The notes: generated by a model not told the origin, from the letters alone. DNA of 64,000 nucleotides from Candidatus Poseidoniaceae archaeon (GCA_045568475.1 JBJLAY010000028.1:121-64120); one strand, 5' to 3'; counted from the first letter of the stretch, positions 39,739 through 49,886 are shown. Translations and numbers: made by a program.

Positions 39739-40701
39739 ATGTCCGAAAACGGAACCATCACTCCAGAAACCCAAAACAAGGAACTCACAGAGAAACTTGC
39801 TGAAGAAACAGAGCGTCTTCTTATTCTAATGGGCGCTTACGAGAAGCAAGAAAAAGAACTCGTTAGTACCAAGGCAGAAATCGAAGTTCTCGAGAAAGAA
39901 ATCGTAGAACGTGAAATTGAAAAAGAGAGTCTTGAGGCTCTGCTGACAGAGAAGGATGCACGAATTCGTGATCTGGAAATGAAGGCTAGTAAGTCTGGCA
40001 AGCAAGTGGAACACCTTGAACCAGAATTGCAAAAGATGGAAGAAAAGTTTGCAAGAGAAAAAGACCGCCTTGGAAAGGTATTCTCCATTGCTGAAGAATT
40101 AGACAATGATCTACGTCTTGCAGTTGTCGAACTCCAAACTCGTGATGAATGGTATATGGCTCACATGTCACTATTCGAAGATCTCAACAAAGCAATCAAG
40201 CGCCGCTATGAGATGATTGAAGCAGCAGCAGAAGCAGAACGCCAATCCCAGCATATGGGTAGAGCGATTACAGAAAGAATGGACGAAATGGTCGAGGCAA
40301 GAGCCGCCGAGATGACACTTTCAGAAGCTTCTGACATAGATGGAGCTGCATCAGAAGAAACTTCAACCACTGCTGAAGAGTCTAGCAATGACTCCGAAGA
40401 TTCCGAAGATGAATGGAACTGGTCAGAATCAGTTCTAGTTGGAGTCATGGAAAAGAACGGAATTACTGACCGTGACGCATTCATCGAGTTCGCTAAATCC
40501 TACGATATGGATGGAAACCAATATCTGAAAGGCTCCGAGTTAGGAGCAGCAGCAGTCGACTATGTAGCAAAAGATACTCCTGCTGAAGCCCCTGCTGAAA
40601 CCCCTTCTGAACCAGTAGCAGAAACAGTTGTAGAATCTACACCAGGCTCTGAACCTGAAGTAACCTGGAGAACATCCGGTGATACTTCGGAAAACCAGTG
40701 A
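39739..40701 (+). CDS. Acidic coiled-coil protein with one canonical EF-hand loop
   Basis: The N-terminal ~200 aa have heptad-like E/K-rich sequence. The loop DMDGNQYLKGSE fits D-x-D-x-N...E. The tail is acidic and Ser-rich. Confidence 0.5.
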   Translation: MSENGTITPETQNKELTEKLAEETERLLILMGAYEKQEKELVSTKAEIEVLEKEIVEREIEKESLEALLTEKDARIRDLEMKASKSGKQVEHLEPELQKMEEKFAREKDRLGKVFSIAEELDNDLRLAVVELQTRDEWYMAHMSLFEDLNKAIKRRYEMIEAAAEAERQSQHMGRAITERMDEMVEARAAEMTLSEASDIDGAASEETSTTAEESSNDSEDSEDEWNWSESVLVGVMEKNGITDRDAFIEFAKSYDMDGNQYLKGSELGAAAVDYVAKDTPAEAPAETPSEPVAETVVESTPGSEPEVTWRTSGDTSENQ

Positions 40702-40712
40702 GGTGAGTAAAA

Positions 40713-41552
40713 TTGGCTCTTCTAGCCAAAGGCGGATTTCTGCCAGTAATCACTCCTGCATTAATGGGAACAGGTTTCATTCTAGTCGGTTGGTTTGTAG
40801 ATCCATTATTCGGAGTAGCTCCTGGTTTGGGAATATTCATGCTAATGCTTTCAGCATTTTTCGCTAATTTCTGGAGAGATCCCGACCGGCCAATACCTCG
40901 CGATGAAGGAATAATTGTCTCTCCGGCAGATGGACATGTTATGTTCGCACGAAGAGAAAGAGCGACTGGCCGCAGACCATCTAGTGAAGAAATGGAAGCT
41001 GCAGAAGTAGACGAACTTACAGGAACATGGCATCCTGAGCCGTGCGAAGAAGTTCTATCATTCTCGACCGAGCAAAGATTCGAAGCAGTTCCAAAAGGCG
41101 AAGAATCAGACAATGATGTATGGAGAGTTGCAGTATTCATGTCTCCCCTTGATGTTCATGTAAATCGCTCTCCAATCGCTGGTAAGATTATCAGAATGGA
41201 ACATAGAACTGGAAAAGGGATGCGCAGAGGACCTTTCTTACCGGCATTCAAGAAAGAAAGCGAGTACAATGAACGAGTCAGAACCCTGTTTGAAAGGGAG
41301 GATGGTTTGATTGTTGAAGTAATGCAAATATCGGGAGCTCTTGCCCGTACAATTATTCCTTGGACTGGAGAAGGCGACACCTTACGCCGTGGCGAGAGGT
41401 TTGGAATGATTAGACTTGGTAGCCGAGTCGACGTTAGAGTTCCAGCAAATCGATTCAAGCCTTGCGTAATCAGTGCAGAGGATGGTGACAAAGCACATCC
41501 GAAAGGCGAGTTTGTCAAAGCGGGCTCGACAATTCTCTACAAGGAGTTGTAA
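40713..41552 (+). CDS. psd: Phosphatidylserine/archaetidylserine decarboxylase proenzyme
   Basis: VFMSPLDVHVNRSPIAGKI matches the FxSPxDYHRxHxP-type motif. The LGSRVDV self-cleavage region contains a Gly-Ser. There are N-terminal TM helices. Confidence 0.75.
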   Translation: MALLAKGGFLPVITPALMGTGFILVGWFVDPLFGVAPGLGIFMLMLSAFFANFWRDPDRPIPRDEGIIVSPADGHVMFARRERATGRRPSSEEMEAAEVDELTGTWHPEPCEEVLSFSTEQRFEAVPKGEESDNDVWRVAVFMSPLDVHVNRSPIAGKIIRMEHRTGKGMRRGPFLPAFKKESEYNERVRTLFEREDGLIVEVMQISGALARTIIPWTGEGDTLRRGERFGMIRLGSRVDVRVPANRFKPCVISAEDGDKAHPKGEFVKAGSTILYKEL

Positions 41553-41554
41553 TC

Positions 41555-42610
41555 ATGGGTTTCAAGAAAGAAATAATGCCAGTAATCCTGATGCTTATTG
41601 TTTTCATGCCCACTGGATATTATCTAGCAGGCAAGCAAGTGTACGATGTTGTAGCGCACACAAATACAGATTGCTGGGGTAATTTCGACCAAAACAATCC
41701 TGAACAATTCGCACCATTGCGTAACGAAGTCCCGCTCAACGAGTCAACCAATTCCGAGAACATAACATCGAATATCATGGAAGGACTCTCTGAATACTGG
41801 TGGCCTGGATACGAAAACGCGACTATTGAAGTTGAAGATGAAGACTTATTCTTGTCTGCTTGGTATCTCAGACAAAACGATTCAATGCCATGGGTAATAT
41901 TTGTCCATGGAATTAGAGGTTGCAAGTCTGGTGGGGAATTGATGATTTCATCTGGAATGCTAGCAAATGCAGGATTCAATGTCATTTCCTTTGACCTGAG
42001 AGATCATGGTGAATCATCAATTGATGATAACCGTGTTTCAGGAGGCCAAGATGAGTGGAAAGACGTAGTTGCTGTATTCGATTGGTTGGTCGAAGAACAG
42101 GGTGCTGAGCCAGAAGACATCGGGATGTTTGGCACTTCAATGGGTGCCGGAACAGTAGCAATTGCCTTCTCTTTAGATGATAGAATGCAATCGGTTTGGC
42201 TCGATTCGGGATATTCGGATATGGGTAAGATTGTAGTCGAAGAATTAGAATTCCAAGGCCTTCCAACATTCTTAGGACCTGCTGGAATATTCGCTGGTAA
42301 AATATCTGCAGGCCAAAACTTAGTGGAATATTATCCACTTGAAGCAGCATCAGAAATTGGCGACCGTCACATGTATGTAGTTCATGGAAAGCAAGACAAA
42401 AGAGTTCAATTTCATCACGGCGAAGAAATGTGTGAAATAGCCATGGAAAATGGATTGGAAGGCAATGTAGAATGTTGGTTTGAAGACTCTGTTATCAGAT
42501 ATGATGTTGGAGAAGGAATGGCTAATGATGAGCACGTTACTTTGATGTTGACTCATACCGATGATTATGAAACTCGCTTGGTTGATTTCTTTACACGGTC
42601 CTTGATGTGA
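41555..42610 (+). CDS. Alpha/beta hydrolase (secreted or anchored)
   Basis: It has an N-terminal TM or signal, a GTSMGAG nucleophile elbow and VIFVHGIRG. Confidence 0.65.
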   Translation: MGFKKEIMPVILMLIVFMPTGYYLAGKQVYDVVAHTNTDCWGNFDQNNPEQFAPLRNEVPLNESTNSENITSNIMEGLSEYWWPGYENATIEVEDEDLFLSAWYLRQNDSMPWVIFVHGIRGCKSGGELMISSGMLANAGFNVISFDLRDHGESSIDDNRVSGGQDEWKDVVAVFDWLVEEQGAEPEDIGMFGTSMGAGTVAIAFSLDDRMQSVWLDSGYSDMGKIVVEELEFQGLPTFLGPAGIFAGKISAGQNLVEYYPLEAASEIGDRHMYVVHGKQDKRVQFHHGEEMCEIAMENGLEGNVECWFEDSVIRYDVGEGMANDEHVTLMLTHTDDYETRLVDFFTRSLM

Positions 42611-42646
42611 GCGAGGATTCAAACACGCGAAGCGGGACGGATTACT

Positions 42647-43813
42647 ATGGCGAATGGTAAATTGACCATGGTGGGCAACTCCGATAAGAGAGCAGCCCGC
42701 ATTCATGATTTGGTCAAAGCGCCAGCAAATGCACCATGGGCCCAGGAGAGAAAGAACTCTTGGGATGCTAAAGACCCAGCAACTGTTTACTACACACCCG
42801 AAACTCTTGCAGATGGAACTCCAACCACTGCACTTACTGTTATTCTAAGAACCAAGGGCTGCCATTGGTGGTGGTCTAGTGGATGTACATTCTGTGGTTA
42901 TTTCAATGACACACGTGATGATGTTACAAGCGAAGATCTTCATTCACAATGGGAAAAGTCCCTCGCAAGATTTGATGATTTCGAATCCATGGGCATGGTA
43001 AAGGTTTACACATCCGGAAGTCTGCTAGAAGACAGAGAAATACCAGTCGACTTCCAAGAAAGAGTTCTTCGAGATTGTCATGAGATGGGCAAGGAGTTAG
43101 TCGTCGAGAGTCGAACTGAACAACTATCGAAAGAAAAGTTGCAATGGGCCACCAGCATTAATCCTAAATTCTCAGTAGCGATTGGATTGGAAGCGTATGA
43201 TGATGAAGTCTTACGTTTCCATGTGAACAAAGGATTCAGTATCAAAAGTTGGGATAAGGCAGTTGAGAATTTGCAACACTTTGGTCTTAGAGTCAAAACG
43301 TATCTGATGTTTAAGCCGCCTTTCATGAGCGAAGGAGACGCTCTAACTCATGGAGCTAAGTGGATTAGAGATGTGGCTAGTCGGAGCGACGAAATCAGTG
43401 TCAACCCAATGAATATTCAGAGAGGGACAGTAATTGACCGCTTATTCAGAACTAACGAATACCGCCCACCGTGGCTTTGGTCTCTCATTCAGTTGATTCA
43501 TGATGTCCACTATGATATTCACCCCACAAATTCAGGCAATGGTTCTGAAGATCAAGTAAGCCGTCTGATTATCCATCCTACCGCTGGCGGTAAAGTTAGA
43601 GGTTCTCATAATTGCGGAACTTGTGACGGAGATGTAGTAGCTGCCATAGAACGATATTCTGTGAGTGGAGACATCCATGATTTGGATGGCTTAGATTGCG
43701 ACTGCAAGGCTGTTTGGAGGCGTGAAGTAGACCTCGACAATTCCATGCCAATCCCTCTTGGTTCAGGTAAGAATCGAAGAGGAAACGCACTGTCTCATCT
43801 ACGCTCGCCCTGA
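42647..43813 (+). CDS. Radical-SAM-like Fe-S protein with atypical Cys spacing (archaeal COG1244/RaSEA-like?)
   Basis: GCHWWWSSGCTFCGY gives C-x7-C-x2-C, followed by TIM-barrel-like features. Additional C-terminal Cys residues are CGTCDG...CDC. The family assignment is tentative. Confidence 0.5.
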   Translation: MANGKLTMVGNSDKRAARIHDLVKAPANAPWAQERKNSWDAKDPATVYYTPETLADGTPTTALTVILRTKGCHWWWSSGCTFCGYFNDTRDDVTSEDLHSQWEKSLARFDDFESMGMVKVYTSGSLLEDREIPVDFQERVLRDCHEMGKELVVESRTEQLSKEKLQWATSINPKFSVAIGLEAYDDEVLRFHVNKGFSIKSWDKAVENLQHFGLRVKTYLMFKPPFMSEGDALTHGAKWIRDVASRSDEISVNPMNIQRGTVIDRLFRTNEYRPPWLWSLIQLIHDVHYDIHPTNSGNGSEDQVSRLIIHPTAGGKVRGSHNCGTCDGDVVAAIERYSVSGDIHDLDGLDCDCKAVWRREVDLDNSMPIPLGSGKNRRGNALSHLRSP

Positions 43814-43885
43814 TATCTCGCTGGTCAATGTTTATGACCGAACCACAGGTGGCGTAAATGACCCCTACGGGGTCAAGGTGATATC

Positions 43886-44158
43886 ATGACCAACAATACC
43901 ATCCTACCAGATGTATCTGAAGGAGTTGCAGAACCGTCCGCATCGCGAATAATTATTGTCTTAATGAGCGTGGGTTTAGTCGGCCTTATTGCAATGTTTA
44001 GCAACATCTTTGGATGGGACAATCTTCCAGTAATCGGCGACATTATTCCATTCATGGATAACCTTGGAGGTTCTGCGATTTGGTACTATTTAATCGGAAT
44101 CATTGTTGGTTGTGGGATGATAATTTCCAATCTAATCGGAGGCGTCCTTTCGGACTAG
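43886..44158 (+). CDS. Small membrane protein (90 aa, two TM)
   Basis: The ORF is hydrophobic and sits directly upstream of the large membrane protein. Confidence 0.35.
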   Translation: MTNNTILPDVSEGVAEPSASRIIIVLMSVGLVGLIAMFSNIFGWDNLPVIGDIIPFMDNLGGSAIWYYLIGIIVGCGMIISNLIGGVLSD

Positions 44159-44170
44159 GAGGTGTGATGT

Positions 44171-46342
44171 ATGTCAGAGGCATTTACAACAGCGATTATT
44201 CTACTTGGCACACTTTTGCTATTCACGCACTATATCCAGAAAGGATTTGGCGGAATGAGTAATCCTCTTCGTCAATTTGGAATGTTCCTTCTAACTAAAG
44301 CAGCAGGACCTGCGGCAGACATGTTCCAAGAGAGAGAAGGATCAGGTGCAAAGACCTGGATGCAAACCGGTGTATTCTGGCTAATATTGGCTGGTGCAGG
44401 CGGTTTCCTTTCAGCTTGGCATAATTACGATCCAGCGGCTTTGGACTCTCTTTCTAACGTCGGATGGTCGTATGATGACGGCAGTGCTCTTGCCTACTTC
44501 AGCGAGGTTGCAATGACCACTGCATTGTTCGCAATACTTCTCGGTGGAGCACTTGTTGCCCACACTAGGACAACCGGCTCCGGGCTTGCAAGTGAGGCAA
44601 ATGCATCTATGATAGCATTGGCTTGGACTGTTCAAGCACTAGTCGGACTAGTTCTATGCGTTCTAGACCACTGGGATTTCATTACCTATGGTGCGACTCA
44701 GATGGCATTGTATGGTCTAGTTTCAGCACTTCTGGTAATGAGCCTATTAGTTAACTCACTAATCACATTAGGAAACCGCGGCGAATCCCCAGTATCAGTT
44801 CCTTCATGGTTCATGATACTCGCACTAGTAGTCCTTCTCTTCAGTAGAGTAAGCCATGCTCTTGGAGAAACACTAGGATGGACAGGAACAGTTTGGATTG
44901 CCGACATTATCGCATCAGGCTGGGTTCCTTTGGCTCTAATGTTTGCAGTTGGATACCATGTCCTTTCCCATGTATCTGAACAACCGATTTGGTCTGGAAG
45001 CCTAACAAAAGCCTCCATGTTCCTACTATTCGTAACAGTACCTCCGTTCTTCTTGGCGGAATCAACCCATGCTGATTCATTCACGCAATCTATTGGCGCT
45101 ATTCTAGTGACAGTTGGATTGATGCCAATCTTTGCCGCATCTGCTAACATGATTGCAACTATGCGTGGTAATGCTAGCGCTGTAGTGAATAGCCCTGGAG
45201 CAACAGCAGCGGCAGGTGGAGCAATACTATTGCCAATCTTTGCATTACTAGGTTACTTCACTGGTCTGAATGTAATGGTGGGCGATGGCAGTATGGCAAA
45301 TGTTGCAGAGACTGTTAACTCGTCTTACCTGTATGTCATTGGAGGATTATTCGCACTAGCTGCACTATTCCACTCTTATCCTTTAGCAGCAGGTAAAGAA
45401 TTGACTGGCTCAGCAGGGGCAGCATCATGGCTTGTTATCGCTGGTGGACTTCTATCGACTATCCTTTTCCTAATGGGCGAGTGGACTGAAAATGCACTAA
45501 TCGAATCTGAAGTAGAAGATCCAACAGTTGGTCTTTCTGGATTCGCAATCACAGGTGCATTCGCATTCTACGGTGTCGTAATCGGATACATTCTGGCAGG
45601 TAACAGCGTTGTCAAAACACTACTCGGTGGAAATGCAATGGCAACACCTTCGGGTACAACAAGCGACATATCTTCTTACAACCTAGTCGAAGGAACTACC
45701 TCGATTAGGGCATTGTTCGGCAGGGGTGTAGGAATTGATACAACCTTGGTAATTGGTGAATCAGAAGAAGAAGGACCAAGCGGTTCTACAGTGATCGAAG
45801 TATCTGCGGACCTTCACAACGATAAAGTTGACGAGTTCCCAGTTAGTTTCGATGAGGATCTTGTTACACTCACAAAGTGGCTATGTGGCCGTGGGACTAC
45901 CACAGCACAGTTCTTCGCGTGGGCAGATGTCGATAACTCTGGAGAGATTGATATGTTTGAATTCTCGAACGCATTAAGAGTTGGAGAAATCGCAAACCTG
46001 CCTCCATGGGATGTCGAGAAGTTAGTGAAAGTAATGGACATAAACTCGGACGGAAGAATTAACCTTCCAGAGCTAGACATTACTCTAATGAATATCAGAA
46101 ACACCCTTGGAATCGAATTCATTCCTTACGAGGAAGATTCTGATGATGAGGCCGAAAATGAAGCAGAGGAAGCCACAACTTCAGAGGATGAATCTGAAGA
46201 AGAGACAGAGGATTCTAGCGCTCCTTCTGAGGCTGAACTAAAGAAGATGAAGAAAGCGGAATTAGTCGATGTTGCAAAGTCAATGGGATTGTCCCATACT
46301 GGAACAAAAGCAGACATAATTGAGCGTATTACTCAGGCGTGA
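44171..46342 (+). CDS. Polytopic membrane protein with more than 10 TM segments, a C-terminal pair of EF-hands and a terminal SAP-like motif
   Basis: The EF loops are DVDNSGEIDMFE and DINSDGRINLPE. An acidic linker follows. The terminus reads LKKMKKAELVDVAKSMGLSHTGTKADIIERI, which looks SAP or Rho-N-like. Confidence 0.6.
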   Translation: MSEAFTTAIILLGTLLLFTHYIQKGFGGMSNPLRQFGMFLLTKAAGPAADMFQEREGSGAKTWMQTGVFWLILAGAGGFLSAWHNYDPAALDSLSNVGWSYDDGSALAYFSEVAMTTALFAILLGGALVAHTRTTGSGLASEANASMIALAWTVQALVGLVLCVLDHWDFITYGATQMALYGLVSALLVMSLLVNSLITLGNRGESPVSVPSWFMILALVVLLFSRVSHALGETLGWTGTVWIADIIASGWVPLALMFAVGYHVLSHVSEQPIWSGSLTKASMFLLFVTVPPFFLAESTHADSFTQSIGAILVTVGLMPIFAASANMIATMRGNASAVVNSPGATAAAGGAILLPIFALLGYFTGLNVMVGDGSMANVAETVNSSYLYVIGGLFALAALFHSYPLAAGKELTGSAGAASWLVIAGGLLSTILFLMGEWTENALIESEVEDPTVGLSGFAITGAFAFYGVVIGYILAGNSVVKTLLGGNAMATPSGTTSDISSYNLVEGTTSIRALFGRGVGIDTTLVIGESEEEGPSGSTVIEVSADLHNDKVDEFPVSFDEDLVTLTKWLCGRGTTTAQFFAWADVDNSGEIDMFEFSNALRVGEIANLPPWDVEKLVKVMDINSDGRINLPELDITLMNIRNTLGIEFIPYEEDSDDEAENEAEEATTSEDESEEETEDSSAPSEAELKKMKKAELVDVAKSMGLSHTGTKADIIERITQA

Positions 46343-47622
46343 ATGGAATGCGCATAGGTTTGGTTGGAAAGCCAAATGTAGGCAAATCAACATACTTTAG
46401 CGCAGCTACCTTAGCCAAAGTTGACATTGCAAATTATCCGTTTTGTACAATAGATCCCAATGTAGGTGTAGCGTTTTTAGCAGCACCTCAGCCATGCCCC
46501 TGCAAGGATTTGCGCGAGCGTCTAGAAGCAGACGGAAGAATGGATGCAGTTTCAGATGACGACCCACGAAAAGGAAGTATTTGCGAACCAAGAACGGGTA
46601 CTTGCATCGGGCATGTTCGACTAGTTCCTACTTTCTTGGTAGATGTGGCTGGTTTAGTTCCAGGTGCATCAGAAGGAAGAGGCAGAGGAAATGCCTTCCT
46701 AGCAGACTTAGCAAACTGTGACGCTTTGATCCAAGTTGTAGATGCAGCAGGACTTACAGACATTGAAGGAAACCCCATCGCAGCAGTAGAGGATGTAGAA
46801 TCTTCACTAAAGGAAGAGACATCTTTCCTAACTGCAGAATTAGATTCATGGATACATGGAATACTCGATGACGGCTGGTCCAGAGGTTCACGAAGGGTAC
46901 AGGCAGAAGGCGAAAAAGGATTGAGCACATTCTTGCATGAGAGATTTACAGGCCTAGGTGCAAATCTTTCTCACGTTTTACAAGCTCTTGATGGATTTAG
47001 AAACCAATGGGGCGATCTAGACACACCTTGGATGTGGTCAGAAGAGAAGGTACATTCACTTGCTTACCATCTAAGAAAGCAACTCTTCCCTATTCATATC
47101 GCTGCCAATAAGGCTGATTCATCCAAGGGTACACCATGGGATGCAATCGAATCAAACGGTATTATTCAACCAACCATGGCTGACATGGAGTTAGCATTAC
47201 GAAGAGCGGATTCGGGAGGAATGATTTCCTACAACCCGGGAAGTCTGACGTTTTCAATTACAGACGAGTCTAAACTAAATCCTGCACAGATTAATGCACT
47301 TTCTTCGATGAAAGAAAAATTGTCTAGTGCTGGAGGAACCGGTGTTTCATTGCTACTCTCGAGAGTGCTATTCGATGCATTAACACATGTAGTCGTATAT
47401 CCGGTAGCAGATGAAAATGCCTGGAAAGACGGAGATGGCAGGATATTGCCCGATGCTTTCGTAGTTCCTGATGGAATAGAAACCAAGGCTCTTGCTTACA
47501 AGGTTCACAGTGACTTAGGAGACGGTTTCATCAAAGCAGTAGATGGCCGAACTCGTAGAGTCGTAGGTGCTGACCATGAATGTAGTGACAACGATGTGAT
47601 TAAGATTCACGCAAAGTCGTGA
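46339..47622 (+). CDS. ychF: Obg-family P-loop GTPase/ATPase of the YchF/OLA1 type with a C-terminal TGS domain
   Basis: IGLVGKPNVGKSTYF and ANYPFCTIDPNVG support the call. The start is GTG 46339 or ATG 46348, overlapping the upstream stop. Confidence 0.8.
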   Translation: MNGMRIGLVGKPNVGKSTYFSAATLAKVDIANYPFCTIDPNVGVAFLAAPQPCPCKDLRERLEADGRMDAVSDDDPRKGSICEPRTGTCIGHVRLVPTFLVDVAGLVPGASEGRGRGNAFLADLANCDALIQVVDAAGLTDIEGNPIAAVEDVESSLKEETSFLTAELDSWIHGILDDGWSRGSRRVQAEGEKGLSTFLHERFTGLGANLSHVLQALDGFRNQWGDLDTPWMWSEEKVHSLAYHLRKQLFPIHIAANKADSSKGTPWDAIESNGIIQPTMADMELALRRADSGGMISYNPGSLTFSITDESKLNPAQINALSSMKEKLSSAGGTGVSLLLSRVLFDALTHVVVYPVADENAWKDGDGRILPDAFVVPDGIETKALAYKVHSDLGDGFIKAVDGRTRRVVGADHECSDNDVIKIHAKS

Positions 47623-49341
47623 TTATTCTTCATCAATCTCTTCTCTAGCCACTTCTAATTGTAGAGCTATTGTCATTTTATCTGGCTCTTCAGTAGTAGA
47701 GGGAGCAACAGGTGACATCATTTCACCTACTTCCACATACAGACTAGGTCCATTTGCCATGAAGTAAACAGATCCTCTACCGTCTCTAGAATCTGCAGCA
47801 GTAGCGTTTTCATTTGTCGCACATTCACCAGTACAACCATCAGCGAAAGCAACATAGACACGCCCTTCTCTATTGATATGCAAATCATTGAAGTCCAGCA
47901 GGTTACGATTAGAACCACCAATGTCTCTACAATCTCCTGAATTCAGACAAATAGAACCCATCTGAACAGGGTCATCTGTAACTCTCTTTGTATGGAAGGT
48001 AGGGTTTTCGTCTAGAGCATTTAGGCTGTATGTGATGTAAAGATGGTAAGTGATGTTGTTTACTGCATAGTGAGCATTTCCATCCCAAGGGTTCCCATCG
48101 ATATCAGGTTGTCCAATCATGGCAGAGTCTTCACTTCCTAGGTAAGTGATAGCAATTCTTCCAGGATCTCCCGCATCGGTTTGTGGAAATACAGATGAAA
48201 TAATTCCTTTAGGTGAAATTCGAATACTTTCTTGTTCCCAAGTCTCGCCAGAATCAATCGAGCGAGACATGTATACTCCTTCATCTGCCCCAGTCCAAAT
48301 GTGATAAGCATTAGATTCGGTATCGGCAGAAACTTCAGAATTTTTTCGTGGGTTCGGAGTTCCTACATCTTCTCCCATCGACCTTTCAAACCATGAGAAT
48401 CCATTGTCCTTTGATACGATTACTGTAGGGGTTGCAACTCGCGGAGTGACGTATACAGTTCCATCTGGTGCAGTAGAAATAGCTCCATGTAATCCACCGT
48501 TAGTAGTTGCTAATCCAATAATTTGTCCACCCGCTTCAAATGTGGCTCCTCCATCAAAACTAGTGAAACAGAATATTCCTACTAACTTGTTGTAGCAGTA
48601 GTAAACAGCGGTTTCGTATAAGTTGGTAGTCAAAGATCCAATGGCTGCATATGGGCCAGTATTTGTCCATGGCCCACTCGCTAGTTTGATGTGGTCATTG
48701 ATCGGAGTTGTTCCGGAGTCGTGCGGGTTTCCTAACCAACTTTCACCATCATCGTCGCTCCAGCAAATCCATGAAGTTTCTAGACCAATCATTTGGACAT
48801 TGAAAATTCGGTCAGTGATAGGGTCTACCCATCCGTAAGGGTCACTGGTTGTAGGGGAGCACTGTACAGGGTCCTGGGTTTCTTGCCATGCTTCGCCATG
48901 GTCACAGGATCTCATCACCTTCTCCATGGCTATGAAGAAGATACATCCACTAGATGTTATTCCAATACTAGGTTCCTTTCCGGTTTCACCAACGTCGCTG
49001 AATATGAAATCCATATCTAATGGGGCTTCATCAACAGGCATTCCTGAACTATCTGTAACGAAGACAGTAGGATCATCTACGGTGATAATTTCTGAATCAG
49101 CTTCTAATCCTCCTTTATCTGAAGACATTATAGTGTAAAGAATAGTTGAAGATAATAGTAGTATTACTAGGCCTATTGCCACGGCAGCATTAGTAGATAG
49201 AGTACCGAAAATTGGTAGATTCGACTTTTGCTCCCCCAAAGGTTCGTCAATAATTTCCGCATCCAAAATAGCATCATCAGCGTCGACTACAGCACCGTCA
49301 ATTGTAGCTGATTTATCGAACTCTTCATCCATCCAAATCAC
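47623..49341 (-). CDS. BNR/Asp-box repeat (sialidase-like) beta-propeller protein with an N-terminal TM anchor
   Basis: Asp-boxes are SIDSGETW, SDDDGESW, SKDNGFSW and SFDGGATF. The N-terminal TM is AIGLVILLLSSTILYTIM. Confidence 0.6.
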   Translation of the reverse strand: MIWMDEEFDKSATIDGAVVDADDAILDAEIIDEPLGEQKSNLPIFGTLSTNAAVAIGLVILLLSSTILYTIMSSDKGGLEADSEIITVDDPTVFVTDSSGMPVDEAPLDMDFIFSDVGETGKEPSIGITSSGCIFFIAMEKVMRSCDHGEAWQETQDPVQCSPTTSDPYGWVDPITDRIFNVQMIGLETSWICWSDDDGESWLGNPHDSGTTPINDHIKLASGPWTNTGPYAAIGSLTTNLYETAVYYCYNKLVGIFCFTSFDGGATFEAGGQIIGLATTNGGLHGAISTAPDGTVYVTPRVATPTVIVSKDNGFSWFERSMGEDVGTPNPRKNSEVSADTESNAYHIWTGADEGVYMSRSIDSGETWEQESIRISPKGIISSVFPQTDAGDPGRIAITYLGSEDSAMIGQPDIDGNPWDGNAHYAVNNITYHLYITYSLNALDENPTFHTKRVTDDPVQMGSICLNSGDCRDIGGSNRNLLDFNDLHINREGRVYVAFADGCTGECATNENATAADSRDGRGSVYFMANGPSLYVEVGEMMSPVAPSTTEEPDKMTIALQLEVAREEIDEE

Positions 49342-49466
49342 CTTACTATTTTTTCACCGATTTTAGAATATACATTAATTCGGCTTCTGTGCAAACGAGT
49401 CTGTATTGCTTGGGTATTTAGTAAAATTGCCGAATTGGGTTTAAGAGAAAATTCAGTAGAATTCAA

Positions 49467-49886
49467 TCAATGTCCCTCGGGGCGCTCATATTCAGGAGTC
49501 AATCTTGCCATAACTGCCATGTGCTTTGAAGAAAAGAAGAACATGTAAATTGGAACTAATAGGGTGCAAATAGCAAGAAGAATTAGTGTATAAATTCCCC
49601 ACGGCTCAACACTTCTGATAAACAAAGTCCATGCAATCCAGAGAACAGAAAGCCACATCAAAGGCGACCAGCGTCTAGCCATTGCAGAGAATCTTGCATT
49701 GGCAGTAGAACTATCGTATAGTGAAGCAGCCTCTTCTTGGGTCACTAATCCTTTCTCAACTCCACATCGAACACAGACCTGACTTTTAGGTCCATTTCCA
49801 TGTATGAATTGCTCACGGGCATAGGTGCCGTAGCAGTGACGACAGGTCGGCATGTTATCCGCCACTAACCGCCTCCACTTCAACAA
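49467..49886 (-). CDS. Small membrane protein with an N-terminal zinc-ribbon-like CxxC...CxxC
   Basis: CRHCYG...CVRCG is followed by two TM helices. Confidence 0.45.
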   Translation of the reverse strand: MLKWRRLVADNMPTCRHCYGTYAREQFIHGNGPKSQVCVRCGVEKGLVTQEEAASLYDSSTANARFSAMARRWSPLMWLSVLWIAWTLFIRSVEPWGIYTLILLAICTLLVPIYMFFFSSKHMAVMARLTPEYERPEGH

